Part shown: positions 1-13,429 of the stretch, one piece after another | How the letters are laid out: the number at the start of each line of letters is the position of its first letter | How positions within the stretch are numbered: the first letter of the stretch is position 1 | Assembly (NCBI GenBank): GCA_012295275.1 | Contig: CM022667.1 | Span: forward strand, 6,014,001-6,078,000 | DNA length: 64,000 nucleotides | Direction: 5' to 3' | From: Chrysomallon squamiferum | Lineage: Eukaryota > Animalia > Mollusca | Program-made: the position numbers and the translations under genes | The notes under the pieces: generated by a model | Database searches by the model: none | Told to the model about the DNA's origin: nothing | Seen by the model: only the letters and a program-made list of their open reading frames with translations

Positions 1-668
1 AGTAAAACTGAAACGTGACTACTTTGTGTTGTATCCTCCCATCCCACTTGTCACACATCTTACAACAACACAGCTGAGTGAACTCCTAACTACCTGAGTG
101 AACTCCTAACTACCTAGAAAATAGCAATGAACTCCCGTCTGTTAAGACAGAAGAACAGAATCTGTATTCTTAACCATTTATTATAATATAGTCAGCCACA
201 TAACATATTAGTGGTATGAATTATTAAATCATATTTTGTAAATATAAGAAAGACACATCTAGCACTAGGATGTATATCAATATATACAAAGTTCAGTTGT
301 TACATTAATGTTACAGAGGTTTGATTAGTTAGATCCTAAGCTGAGTGTGGGAGATAACTCTTTCTACTGCCTGTCAGTATATTTATCCCTAGACTCTATA
401 CAGACATAAGAAAATAGTAATTAAACTGATTCCTGTAATATCATTAAAAGATTCTTTGATTAAATTATTATAAATATTTTAGCACATAACACATTTGAGA
501 GAGTTAAAATGAAATAATAAGAAAATATTTGTTATTAAAGTTATTAAAGACTAAAGATCAAAAGTGTATCAGAAATGGGCTATATTTCTATGAATATTTG
601 CTAAGTAAGAATAAAGAAATTATCATCGGTGACTAATAATATTATTTATTTATTTACGTATGTTATTT

Positions 669-743
<75 letters not shown>

Positions 744-1214
744 TGTTGTTATTTTCTTGTTGTTATTATTACGTTAATGATGATGATGAAAAAACTAAAA
801 TGTGACCAAAATTACGCTTGATCAGTAATGGATGTTGTTTAAGTATGATCAGTTGAGTAGGCTTAAACAACATCCGTGACTCAAAATTAATAAAAGTATC
901 TAAACTGCAATCAAAGAGGAACACTGGTCTGAGTACGTCACATGAATCAGATTTTAATTTTTACTTTTCAGAGAAATATCTTTTAATCACAAATATGAGG
1001 CCGATAATTGATAGTTTTTATTTAAATGTCAAAAATGTATCAGATTCATATGTTTCAGTATAACTCTATTCACTAAAACATTAACAAACATAAAATTAAA
1101 ATAAGTAAAAGGAGGTAGCTATCGTGAGTCAGAATAAAAGTAAAATACTTTTCACAGTTGATAGGCAATCAAGATTGAGCTTCAAGTAGATTTTTACAGT
1201 TTCTGTAAATTTAC

Positions 1215-1290
1215 CTGAAAACACAACACTGTTCAAGAAGAACACGACTAAAATCAGTTTCTTATCGACAGCAGAAAATATCGCAGACAT
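1215..1290 (-). CDS. Gene A: signal-peptide (leader) exon of an IgSF receptor; rest of the gene presumably lies left of the window
   Basis: ATG at 1290 gives MSAIFSAVDKKLILVVFFLNSVVFS+G, 76 nt, phase-1 GTAAAT donor; paralogous to leaders at 29670-29736 and 55662-55737, which precede V exons. Confidence 0.75.
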
Positions 1291-1368
1291 AATTTATTAA
1301 CTGTAAACACTGACAATATTTCAGATTAAAAATCCCGTTCTAAGAAGAATCGACGCTTTTGCTTGCAG

Positions 1369-1430
1369 TTCACTTCCTGGTTTGTTTCTGTCAACAATGC
1401 ATACTTTTATCCTGATTTAGTTAATGCAAT
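1369..1430 (-). promoter_or_regulatory. Putative proximal promoter/5' motifs: ETS-type CCAGGAAGTGAA and C/EBP-half-site-like ATTGCATTAA
   Basis: ttcacttcctgg at 1369-1380 and ttaatgcaat at 1421-1430; the same motifs recur at similar spacing upstream of leaders at 29821-29881 and 55816-55877. Confidence 0.4.
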
Positions 1431-3206
1431 AACATTCCATTTTATATCTGAATTAAAGTTACAGTATTATAGTGACTAAATACAAGCAAATCCTAGTTTC
1501 GATGTTTTATTACAATTATTAGCGATCATTTGATACCACAGGCTAACTCACAGCGAACTTCCACTAAGTTTACAGTATTGAATATAAACTCTAAAACGAG
1601 GCTACGTCCTACCTCTGCTGTGGGTGGGTACAAAGGGTTATGTCCCGGGTGAGTGAGTGCTAAGCAGAGCGAGCTGTTGTGAAGCACGTCTGGGTGAGGC
1701 AGGCTGTTTAACAAAGACATGAAATATGTAAACTTGTATAAATTGTCCTGAAGTTAGTTCTAAGTCCCCGTACTCCTTAATCGCCTTAGAAGTAGAGTGA
1801 CAGGTGTGTGCAATCAAACGTTTAGAACGAACTAATTCTGTAACACAGTTATTAGCGCTAAGAATATGTTTCACAGGTTATATTGGGACTGTTACAAAGT
1901 TTCATGCAAATGGAGAATACTTGTTTATGTTTTGCTTGTTTATTTATTTATTTATTTTAATTTTATTGTGCTTGGTAGTTATGTAATTTAGGTATCATTA
2001 AGCAGCAAGAAAATACAGGAATGTATAATTTAGTTAAACACAAAGACAACTTTTAAACTTTTTGATTAATTACTGAGTAAACCTGTTGGAAATTAGTACT
2101 GATATCAGCCAATTTATACCGTAAAAATTCTGTTTTTACGGTTAAAGAAATTATTACAGACACTGTAAAATAATAAATTCCGCCTGACTTTCATACTCTA
2201 TCTAACAGCGAAACTTTTTACCTAAAATTAAAAATAATGATCCACTATTGTTCGAAATTGTAATGATGGAAGTAAGAGGCGAAACAATTTTAACTGAAGG
2301 TAAATGATTTAATTCCAATTATAATGAGTATTCTAGCAAACAAAAATATAATATTAGCAGTAAGTGTTGTTTTTTGTTGTTGTTTTTTTTTTTTTTTTAC
2401 TTATTGTTTGTTTTGTTTCGTGTTTTGTTGTTGTTGTTGTTTGTCAACAACTATTAGGACATGTTCACAACGTTTTGTGATGATGCAGAATGGTTAGAAT
2501 AGAAATTAACACACCACGGAGAACAAGAAAGATATTTACTTTTTAATTTCTTTTTACATTTTACAAATTAAAACAAAACAAAATGGGTACAAAGTAAACA
2601 GTTAAGTTTGGAGGGGTATTCGGTTGTCTGAAATTTTAATATTCAGATCTTGCTTTTATGTGGTAAACTTTACATACAAAAAAAAAAAGAATTAGATTTA
2701 GAGGTAAAGTGTTAAACAAATTTACAAAATATCGTTTACTGTTTCTCTCATATATTAAACAACACTGATAATACATTTTATTACTTTACAATTTGATTAT
2801 CATTTCGATATTCAGAGAAGAAAGGATTCTAGTGAATTTTAGCATTGAATTAATTCAGTTGACCGCGTTAATTGATTATTTCGTGTAATTCCAGGTTAGT
2901 AAAAAGTTTGACAAAGCTAAATTTCGCTCCGGTTTTTGAATTTCTACCAGAAGCAGAGTAACATATCGTACTAAAATAAAAATATGTTTATCTAAATTTA
3001 AAACACACGAGAAATTCAACAACCTTATACACAAATATCATCCCAACAAATGTCTAACAAAACATTTCTAGCAGCAAATTCATTGTATTTGCGCTGTAAC
3101 TAGTTCATTTGCAGAAACCCATTGTCTACAGCCTTTAACATTTTCATAAAATATATATTACTCAAATCCAGCAGCTACTTGCTTGCAACATATTATTATT
3201 ATTATT

Positions 3207-3372
3207 AGTAGTAGTAATAGTAGTAGTAATAGTAGTGTAGTAGTAGTAGTAGTGGTAGTAGTAGTAGTAGTAGTTGTTGTAGTAGTAGTAGTAGTAGTAG
3301 TTGTTGTAGTAATAGTAGTGTAGTAGTAGTAGTAGTGGTAGTAGTAGTAGTAGTAGTAGTTGTAGTAGTAGT
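3207..3372. repeat. (TAG)n/(GTA)n microsatellite
   Basis: Direct reading; paralogous copy at ~57531-57688. Confidence 0.9.
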
Positions 3373-4758
3373 AAAGTGTGGGCGCTGTTGCTAGACGAGT
3401 TCTCTAGTTCTGCTTTGGATGCTGGGATCTTCCTGACCGCTCATTCTTGACCCAAGTGCACTGATTTTACACCTGACACAATTCTTGTTCTCATCTCCCG
3501 TACCTTGCTGATCAGACAGACAGACAGACAGAATAAAATGTAACGTGCTAATTAGACAGACAGACAGACAGAACAAAAGCCAGGGGAGTGTGTACGTTGA
3601 TGATCTGTATTTCAAGTCTTTTACACAACTTTTCAACTTCCTTAGTTGACACATTTCTCTCTGATTCTATGGTCATGACTATGTGAAGGCAGATCGTTTT
3701 CTTCTCATTCTTCACAATGATATTGTATGTAGACGTACTTAGTTAATGCTCCGATTGCCCATAAAAGGAAAACTTTGTGATTTGAAAATAACAATAATAC
3801 AGAAGAAAATCTGGGAAAACTGAGTTAATCTTTTGAAACATACATATTAAATACTTTACACATTTAATCTGCTACCTTAGTTAATACTGAGAAACTCAGA
3901 TATAGTGAACACTCGTTTCATCGGTCGTGAGAAAAATGATGTCATCAAATGACACGCATCATGTCGGAAAACACTGCTCTACTCTGATCAGTGACACATT
4001 ACCGTTGTTTGATATGATTCAATAAAAACAAAAACAAAAATGAGGTAACAACTTGTGATATATTTATTGTTATCTTATTATTTTGTTATTATTATTATCA
4101 AGTACATTAGTTTTTTTGTGAAAGAATTATTATATGAATAAATTTAAAATAAATTCAATGAGTCATGTTACATACCAACCTTTCTTTCAATTAAAATAAT
4201 AATATTGAAATTTGGTTCATTATTCTAACTGAAATGGTATGATTATGATCTGCACGATACGATACAGTTTGATTAGAAACAGTTCAAAGTTTATCTGTCC
4301 GTATTGCATAATAATTATAATAATTATAATGATCGACTGAACTAAACAGATGTTATAAATATTCGGATTATTTTACGTTACGTCAGTTCAGACAGCCTAC
4401 TACTTAGTTACTTCAAAGTATAATATAGTACACAGAGTCATATACCAAGTATGTTGTACTAGTTTCACCTGTAATTATTATTAGATATCAGGTATATCTA
4501 TTATTTTTATTTTTAATATTACTGTTATTTTACATACTGTGTACTTGTTGTACATAAAGTCAAGTGTTGTAACAGCCTTGCCTGTAATTATTCTTAAACA
4601 GTAATACAGGTATATCTATTATTTTTAATATTACTGTTATTTTACATACTGTGCACTTGTTGTACATACATGTAGTAGCCTCACCTGTAATTATTATTAT
4701 TATTTTAAGTTTTTATTCGATTTATCTATTGAAACAGTTTTACATTTGAAGATTTTAC

Positions 4759-4818
4759 CTTTAACTACCTCACAAGTGAAATGAAGAGGATAACTCCACT
4801 GAAAATGCTGATAACCAT
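4759..4818 (-). pseudogene. Orphan, frameshifted leader exon (gene-B type)
   Basis: MVISIFSGVILFISLVR* ; 60 nt versus 61 nt in the homologous leaders at 14066-14126 and 59011-59071 (1-nt deletion); followed only by degenerate copies of a V-exon 5' end at ~4450-4700. Confidence 0.65.
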
Positions 4819-5952
4819 TGCAACCTAAACAAAAAGGATAAGTAAATAAGTAAATCAATAAATAAACTAACAGTAGTATCTGAGATTTAAAAAACTTTAT
4901 AATAGTTTATAACAGACCACGATTTTTTCAAATATTTGTTAGTTCACTCAGTATTATATTTGTAGAATACGTGTTAGAAAATTAATATCTCTTTAGTGGT
5001 TTATCGTTTTAACATTTACTCCTGTTCAGATAGTATTAAAGAGCATAACATTAGGGATACCTAAATCTCATACACCCGTTAACCCCAAAGTATTATGATA
5101 AAGCATACAAGATGTAGATATTCCTTTTAAGTTCTTACTCCTTTTTCTCTCTCTCTCTTTACCTAAGACACTATAGTCACAATTCATTAAAATCTAAACG
5201 GAATGAAACGCTGCTGTCACACAATTTTGTCAGGTACCAACAATGCCTTATCACAGACTTGAAAATACATACTACGACTTCTGAAAACTTGTCATCGAGT
5301 CTACGAGAAACAAAAGCAATGTTAGGGAGAATCGATGAGAACTGGAATTTATTGATATTTATTTTTTCAAAATTATCGTTGGAATCAGCGCCCTAGTCGA
5401 CTGCCTAGTTTCTCAAAAACGTAATGTTTTCTAAATCAGATTTATTTGTTTACAACATAAATATAAGTCAAAGCTAAAGCAAACTGTTAAGTAATCAGCA
5501 CAAGAACACACTGTACATAATTTATTACGTGGAGAAGTAGTGCAGTAGGGTTACTTTGTAGTCTGTATGTGATTTTGTAAAACATCATCCCAACTTTCCT
5601 CTGCTACAATTAATATTCAGATCAAGGTAAGAAATTAAAAGTATTTGTGTTACAGATTACAAATGAAATCATTCATTTCTTTCCTCTCATTCTACATGAA
5701 CGATCACAGATGAGATAATGAAGTGAAATGTAAAAAGAAAAACTCATTCATTTATTTCTCTTTTTATTACACTTTGTTATTTTATTATTAGTATTTCTGT
5801 TACACACTGTTGGGTTAATTATTATAGGTGTATTATTAATAGGGTTTGTGAATCTACATAGTAATAACAAAACAAAACGCGATACATAAAGATTCTCTTC
5901 ATATGAAATTACATAATAAAGCCGTTTTACTAATATATTTCTGTATAATGAT

Positions 5953-6076
<124 letters not shown>

Positions 6077-6232
6077 ATCCAGAGAGAGACATATGTACAA
6101 TTCAGGTATTTGTATAGATGTTACTTAATCTGAAAATATCCTCAATTGTCAGACATTAGTTCAGTGTCATTCACATCACTATTCTTTATATAAACTAATA
6201 TGAAATACAAGACTCAAACAAAACATCTGAAT

Positions 6233-6342
6233 TCAACCTGTGTCTTGTGAGTTTTCATAGACAGTGAGTACAGAATATGGTGAGTCTTTTCTAGCTTCCA
6301 GTGATGAGTAATTGTTTGTAGTGTCTGTGTTTCTGTCAGTAT
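6233..6342 (-). CDS. Gene B terminal cytoplasmic exon with ITAM-type motif
   Basis: DTDRNTDTTNNYSSLEARKDSPYSVLTVYENSQDTG*; CAG acceptor at 6343-6345. Confidence 0.8.
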
Positions 6343-7745
6343 CTGAAACATAATCTTGATTATACAGTTACACAGAATATAATTATACTAACAGTATAAA
6401 AAAGTAAAACAGGAAGTAACACAGTTTGTTCTCGCTGTACTTGAGATCACTAATAATATTTAAAATAATAACTTATATGTTGTGTTGTGTTATTTTATTT
6501 TGTTTGTTTGTTTGTTGTTGCTTTTTTAATTCGGACAAATTACACTTCATAAGCAAATTAAAGACAATAAATGTTAATATAAAACATAAACAATGTATAC
6601 TTCTACTGATTATTTTCCTTTATTTCAAAAATATCAGCTAAATCATAAAAACAAATGAAGTGTAAACATTTATTATTATGATTTTTTTTTATTTTTTTTT
6701 TGTAGATTTACCACTTTATTCTTTACCACAATTCCTGATCAGATCCTTCATGTGTTAGTTATTTAATATTAGAACAATAAAATAAGACTTTGTACTTTAG
6801 GTATGTCTCAGTTATTCTGAAAAAAAGACAGCAGACACACAGCATGTCTCTGATTTAACAGGCAGCATCACAGAAACTCTTTAATCTGTTACACTTTTTA
6901 TTTAGATACTGACCTTGACTTTGTTGAAGATCGTCATATAGAGGTGATTCCTGCACTCCAGTGTTAAACTGTCTGAAACAAACAAAATAGAGAACTCAAG
7001 AATTACTGAATTTTGGTTTATTTAATCTATTTCACATCTGTGTGTATGTACGGGCATGAATACCTATGTGTGTATAGTTTTTCGTCCGTAATAAGTTATT
7101 TTCTTTTCCAAATACCCTTTTGACTAATTAGCATAATATGTATTGTTCAGTTAAAGGGAAAACGACTTACACATTGTGTTTCTATTACTTCCGCACATTT
7201 TCATAGCTTACCTTGATGTGTACGTGTTTTCACTCTTAGACTTTTCTAAAATAAAAATATTCAGAATATTAGAAATGCGAAATAACTCTTATTAATATTT
7301 GTTTATAAATGTTACTTCTTTGTTTTGACAAACAGAATTTATACTATTAAAAACGTTGAGAGAACGAAGCAAAGCACAGTATTCATTATTTGTAAAATAA
7401 TGTTTTCAGTTTCCTTGTAAAGTTCACCTTTTCTCTTCCAGCAGAAAAAGAAAACGATTGCCCCAATGAAAAGTTCTATTCCCAGTACTATTCCAATTCC
7501 AATACCAATTCCTGTTCCTAGTAAACCGAAGTTTTCTTGCGAACATTCTGAAGATTAAATAAATGAAAAAGAACGTGTAAATATCCTATAAAATATACAG
7601 CAAGTTGGTTTCAGATAATACATTTTTAATTTATCTGTCTATTAATCTGTGGTTGTGTGTGTGTGTGTATGTATGTATATGTATATATATATATATAAAC
7701 ACACACACGCTCATATATATGTGTATATATATATGTTTATCTGTG

Positions 7746-7782
<37 letters not shown>

Positions 7783-9031
7783 CTGAATATATATATATAG
7801 ACAGATAGATAGATACCTATACAAAAATTACACATATACTGTGTTAGCTGAGATTTATTACGATAACAAGCAGGGTATTTTTAAACTCTCCAGTATAGTT
7901 GTTTATTCGTGTTCTACATTAATAACTTTGTAAATGAAGATTCATAGTTGCACGAATCAGTTAGAAAACATAAATTCACGTTGTTGCTTTCTTACCATAG
8001 ATTATAAGATGCTGTTCATTCGTTGAGATTTTGAATCCAAATTCATTAAAAGATAAAACTCGAATCAGATATCTGGTGTTTGGTTGTAAACTAGAAATCT
8101 CTGCTGTGTGACTGGTGTGAAGACCTTTTTCACCAAACTGTTCAGTGAGATTTGTCCACTCAGATGTTGTGTCTGCTCGATACTGTACAAGAAATGTTTC
8201 TTGTGATCCTCCATTAAATTCTTCTGTCCAAGACACTGACACTGAATGTGGACCAGTACTCCAAGTTCTCACGCGTTAGGGAACAGTTGGAGGACCTTCA
8301 AGTTTAAAACGTTACAAAATATTGAAAAACAGAAACTAGTGAACAATCAATTTTGTTTAAATACTATTGATATTATGCAATATCTATCTATCTGCCTATT
8401 TTCAAATAAGGATATACATAATGATCAGAAAATCAGTATTTCAGACACAAACGTTGCTATATTTCAGCACATAATATAAATGAAAACATCTGAAACTGTA
8501 ACAGTAGGTCTAAGAAGATATTTTTCATACCAACTCTATTTTTACCTCTTTGACTGAGAGATAAATTCAAGACAAGATCCTTCCTTGAACCTCCATTTGA
8601 CACAGCAACCTGATAGATTCCAAAATCTTCTTGGTTAACATTTGTCAGTTTATATTCACCTACAGCAGACACATTTGTAGTGTTTACAGGTTGTGTAGAT
8701 CCAAGACTTTTATTGTTTACATCTGTGAGTTTATACCAGGTAAATGTTGGAACTGGATTGGCAATCACAGAAATATGTAGAGTTACATTTCCACCTTCTG
8801 CAGAAGCAAATTTTTTCTGAACTTTAACTCGATGATCAAGTCTTGGTGAACCTGATAAAAGTCAATCTAGTGATTACTTTTATCAATAAGGATTGTATCC
8901 AAAGAATTACTTGTACATACGGATTGATTATTTGTGTCAACACTAAAATCCAGATACATCTATCTATCGATCTCTCTCCCTTTCTATCTGTCTATCTATC
9001 TATCTACATATATGTAGTAAAAACATAACTA

Positions 9032-9097
<66 letters not shown>

Positions 9098-10931
9098 AAT
9101 GTTTTACCCTCTACACTGACCATTAATTCTAGTTCAAGATGACATTTCCGGTGAAATGTAAAGCGGAGAACATAACATAAAGAAAACTGATAGAAGCTGT
9201 TTAGTTTGGTCCACTATTTGCAGGGAACTAGTAGGCCCCATCACATAATTTTGACAAACATGTCAAACCTTGAAGTATGACATTTCAGAAACTATTCATG
9301 CAAGGCAACACATATTTTGCATTTCTTATACAGAATAAATGTTGTAATGTTTACTAAAGAGACATAAGAATAATGCACAGTTTCGTTCTTTAGTTAATGT
9401 ATTACGAGATGAAGGTAGCAGTGTATATTTAGTGGAATTTTTTTTTTTAAAGAAATTAAAATAATACAAATAATGTTACAGCATTACATACAAGTAACAA
9501 CAAGCTGCACTCTTTGACTGACATCAGACTTGATGTTGTTTCCTGCTTCACAAGTGTAAAATCCTGTATCCAGACATCCAGCTTCATTCCAGCTGTACTC
9601 CACTGACTTGGAGGTGTTCACTTCACGTAGAATGTGTGAGTTGTTTAACAGTTTGATGTGAGATGCTGGATTACTGTCAACTTCACATCTCAGAGACAAA
9701 GGACTCAGTTCATCAACTGTTAACTTTGTAGACTTTGAGTTTAAAGTCAAAGAAGTTATTGAAGTCTGATCTGTAAGAAATACAAAAGAATATGGTGTAT
9801 TGTGTCAAACACAATTCAGCATTAAATGACAAGGTTTATATTCAGTAGTTGTAATCATTTATCTGTTGGGTTGTTAATTTATCATTTTAATTTTTGATAC
9901 ATAACATTATATGCTTAAGAAAAAATAAATATGAAAACACAGAAAGAAAAGGAAGGAAAAGAAAAAAGAAAATAAGTTTTATTAATCAAAAATTGTATTT
10001 ATCTTACTAAATAGCAAATCAAAATTTGTAAAAATAACTAAACTGTTAAGGATATTAAATCTAAGCACCAGAATTGAATTTAAATTCAAACAAAACAATC
10101 CAATATCTAGATATCACACTGTGAAAGAAATCATTTTGGAGTCAGTGAAAGAAAAAGAACCAAATAATGAAGAATTAATGGTGATTTTAGGAGAAAAAAC
10201 ATATGTTAATGGTAGAAAAAGCTCTGCAGATAATGAACTGATGAAGAATATTACTTGTTCTCTTATCTCAGTCTGAAATAACAAAATATAAATGTCATCA
10301 AATATAAAAAAAAGAAAAAACAAACAAGCAACAGAATCCACTCAGTAAATATATACTTATGTCAGTTTATATAAATTACTTACATCTAAAATTATCTAAC
10401 ACATCCTAAAATGTACATATATTATGTACTTATTTATTAAAGTTATCAATTGATAACATAAACTCACAAAGAACGTCCAGTGTAAGTGTTGTGTAATTTG
10501 ATTTGTTTGAGTTTGTGTTGACAGCTGTACACGTGTAGACACCAGCCTGTGACTTGTCTACATCATTTAAAGGCAACACAGCACTTGTAGACTTTGTGTG
10601 AGTTTTAAACTTCCACGTGAAAGAACAAGATGTACGACAATCTGCTTCACACAACACAGCCACATCATCACCTTCCTGTACTGTCAGTGCAGAACTCACG
10701 TTCACTTTTACACTGTCTGGTCCATCTAAAGTAGAAATTAAATGTTATATGCAGTTCTGTGATCTATGTATATATATGTATGTGTGTGGATGTGTTTGTG
10801 TGTGTGTAAAGAATTATATGTAGTTTTGTGCTCTTTCTCTGAATAACACTTACACATTTTATAAAATATTTACTTTATAATACATATATGTGTTTATGAA
10901 TAATAATATTAACAACACACACACCCAAACA

Positions 10932-10976
<45 letters not shown>

Positions 10977-13398
10977 ATATATATATATATATAGTATAAG
11001 TATTGATATAGGTAAAGACACTGATAGGTAGTGACATAGATATTAACTGACAAACACAGTAAAAGCTAATTTTTTATATAGCTTTTGGATATAACTAATA
11101 AATTAATTTTCTGAAACTGACAAAACTGATAACATCAAATATGTGGTTAAAACACATAAATGCACAAATTTTATATTAACTGATATAGATTTCTTTGAAA
11201 CTAATATATAGGACTCATATTAAAATTCTAAGATCTGGTTAAATCCTCTTCTAACAGATGATCGTGTTCTATGAATTAACATTATTAAACTCTACTTACA
11301 GTAAACATAGAGTTGAAACTGTTCAGATTTTTCCACTGATGTAGTCGGGTTGTTTGCTGTACATTTATATATTTCACCTGTCTGATGTCTACTGATGTGT
11401 GACAGAGTTAACTGAGAAGTTGTAGAAAGTATTTGATTGTTGAGTGACCAGGAATAGGAACATGTAGGATTACAGAGAGATGTACAGGTAACTGTCAGTG
11501 TGTGACCTTCTACAACTGAACCAGGTGATGATGGACTCAGTCTGACACTGTCTGGACCATCTGAATGTGAAAGGCAAGGAAAAAAGATGATTATCATTTG
11601 ACAGTTTATAACAGGGACATTCTATAACCATGTCAGATCAGTACTGATTTTAGGCATGAATACACTAATTTTCTGACTGCAATTCATAACTGTGATAGTT
11701 TAGAATTGGTTTCTCTTTAATTGTATTATAATCATCGTTATTTAATGTTTGTTTACGCTCTACATTAATTACAATTACTGATTACAACTATTGCACTTAA
11801 GGTGATATTATTTTTTAAATAATTAATAATTAAAAAATAGAAAGTAAGAAAAAAAGAAAACAAAAGGCATGAAAAGAATGAATAAAAAAATTAAAATAAA
11901 GAGTGAAATCTGGATTAAAACCAGATATTATATTTGCTCTTTTAGCTTACAAGGCTCGCAAATGTTGGTATTATTTCCAGTAAGCTGGGTTTTTTTTTAA
12001 TTTGGCCTAAAATATATTTAAATATCTATCGGTAGAGGATAGTTGGTAAAAAAAAATAATAAAATAATGAAATGAAAAGAAACATTTTATTATTTGGTGA
12101 TCAAAATCTTAACAATTGATATTACAATTTTTCCAACACAATTATAAATGATAAATGTTTCACATAATTCAACCATTCTGTTTTTGTTTCTCCCTCACTT
12201 TTTCTCATCCATTTCTTCAAATTATAAATTTACTGTAAAATAAATATTATTCAGACAATTTCATAAACACTGTTTCCACTTCTAGGAAGTGAGTGAGGTT
12301 TTTATTTTTAATTTCAGGAAACATTTTAAACAAATCACATTTTTTCTGTTGATTAACTCATGTAGATAGTGAGACAATTATTCCAATCAGCCTACTGCTT
12401 TTCAGTGGCCTCCATTTTACTGTACAATTATTTAGGAATCACCAAAGAGAAACTGTTGATAAGTGGATTGTGAATTACAATTATGAATAATGAAAGTATT
12501 TAATTCTGACATTACTATTTATAGATTTAGTAGAAACAGGTGTCTGTGTCAGTTTTCTCTCCACTTCAGTTTTGTCTTTTCTGTGCATACCAATCTTTTC
12601 ATTTCTTACCATTTTCATTTTGTATTCATTTCTGATTAGGAAACCATATATCAATACATATAAACTGATGCTTAAACCTAAGAAGACAAGAATATTTACT
12701 TTCAGAAAGTCATGATATAAAATAAGGTTTATCTTGTTTTCTTGTTTTCTTTTTTCTCTTTTTCAACTGATGCATTTTACAAAAAAGAAATCTAAATTAA
12801 AACAAATGTAGCTAGCATAATACCATTTCATGTGAAATAGACCAGCTACCTTAACTGAACAGTCAATGATTCAAAATAATGTTTGTCTAATTTCATCTTT
12901 TTTGTTTAATTGAGGAATTAAATTAAAGAAAAAGAAAATAAAAAATAAAAAAAATAAAAGTATATATATATGAACAAAGAATATAGAAAATGAAAAGAAC
13001 TAAAATCTGTTTTAACATAATTTTTTCGAGATAGTTATTACAATAAAAAAAAATTAATATGAGAGAACAAAAAAATGAGAGAACAAAATCATAACAACAC
13101 TGCTCCTACCACACACAAACAAAAAATAAAAGAAAGAAAAGAAAGCAAGTCTCAACTCACATATGTATGAAAACACTTCATTAAAAGTATAAATAAATAA
13201 ATAAATAAATAAATAAAACAATGAAACAATAAAAATTAAAACACCTTTCTGTTTCACTGAAAATAAAACAATTCCCTTTAATTGAAGAATGTAATGTTGA
13301 CAATACAAAAGTAATGTTGACAAACAAACAAAAAATAAAAGAAAGAAAAGAAAGCAAGTCTCAACTCACGTATGTATGGAAACACTCCATTAAAATAA

Positions 13399-13429
<31 letters not shown>

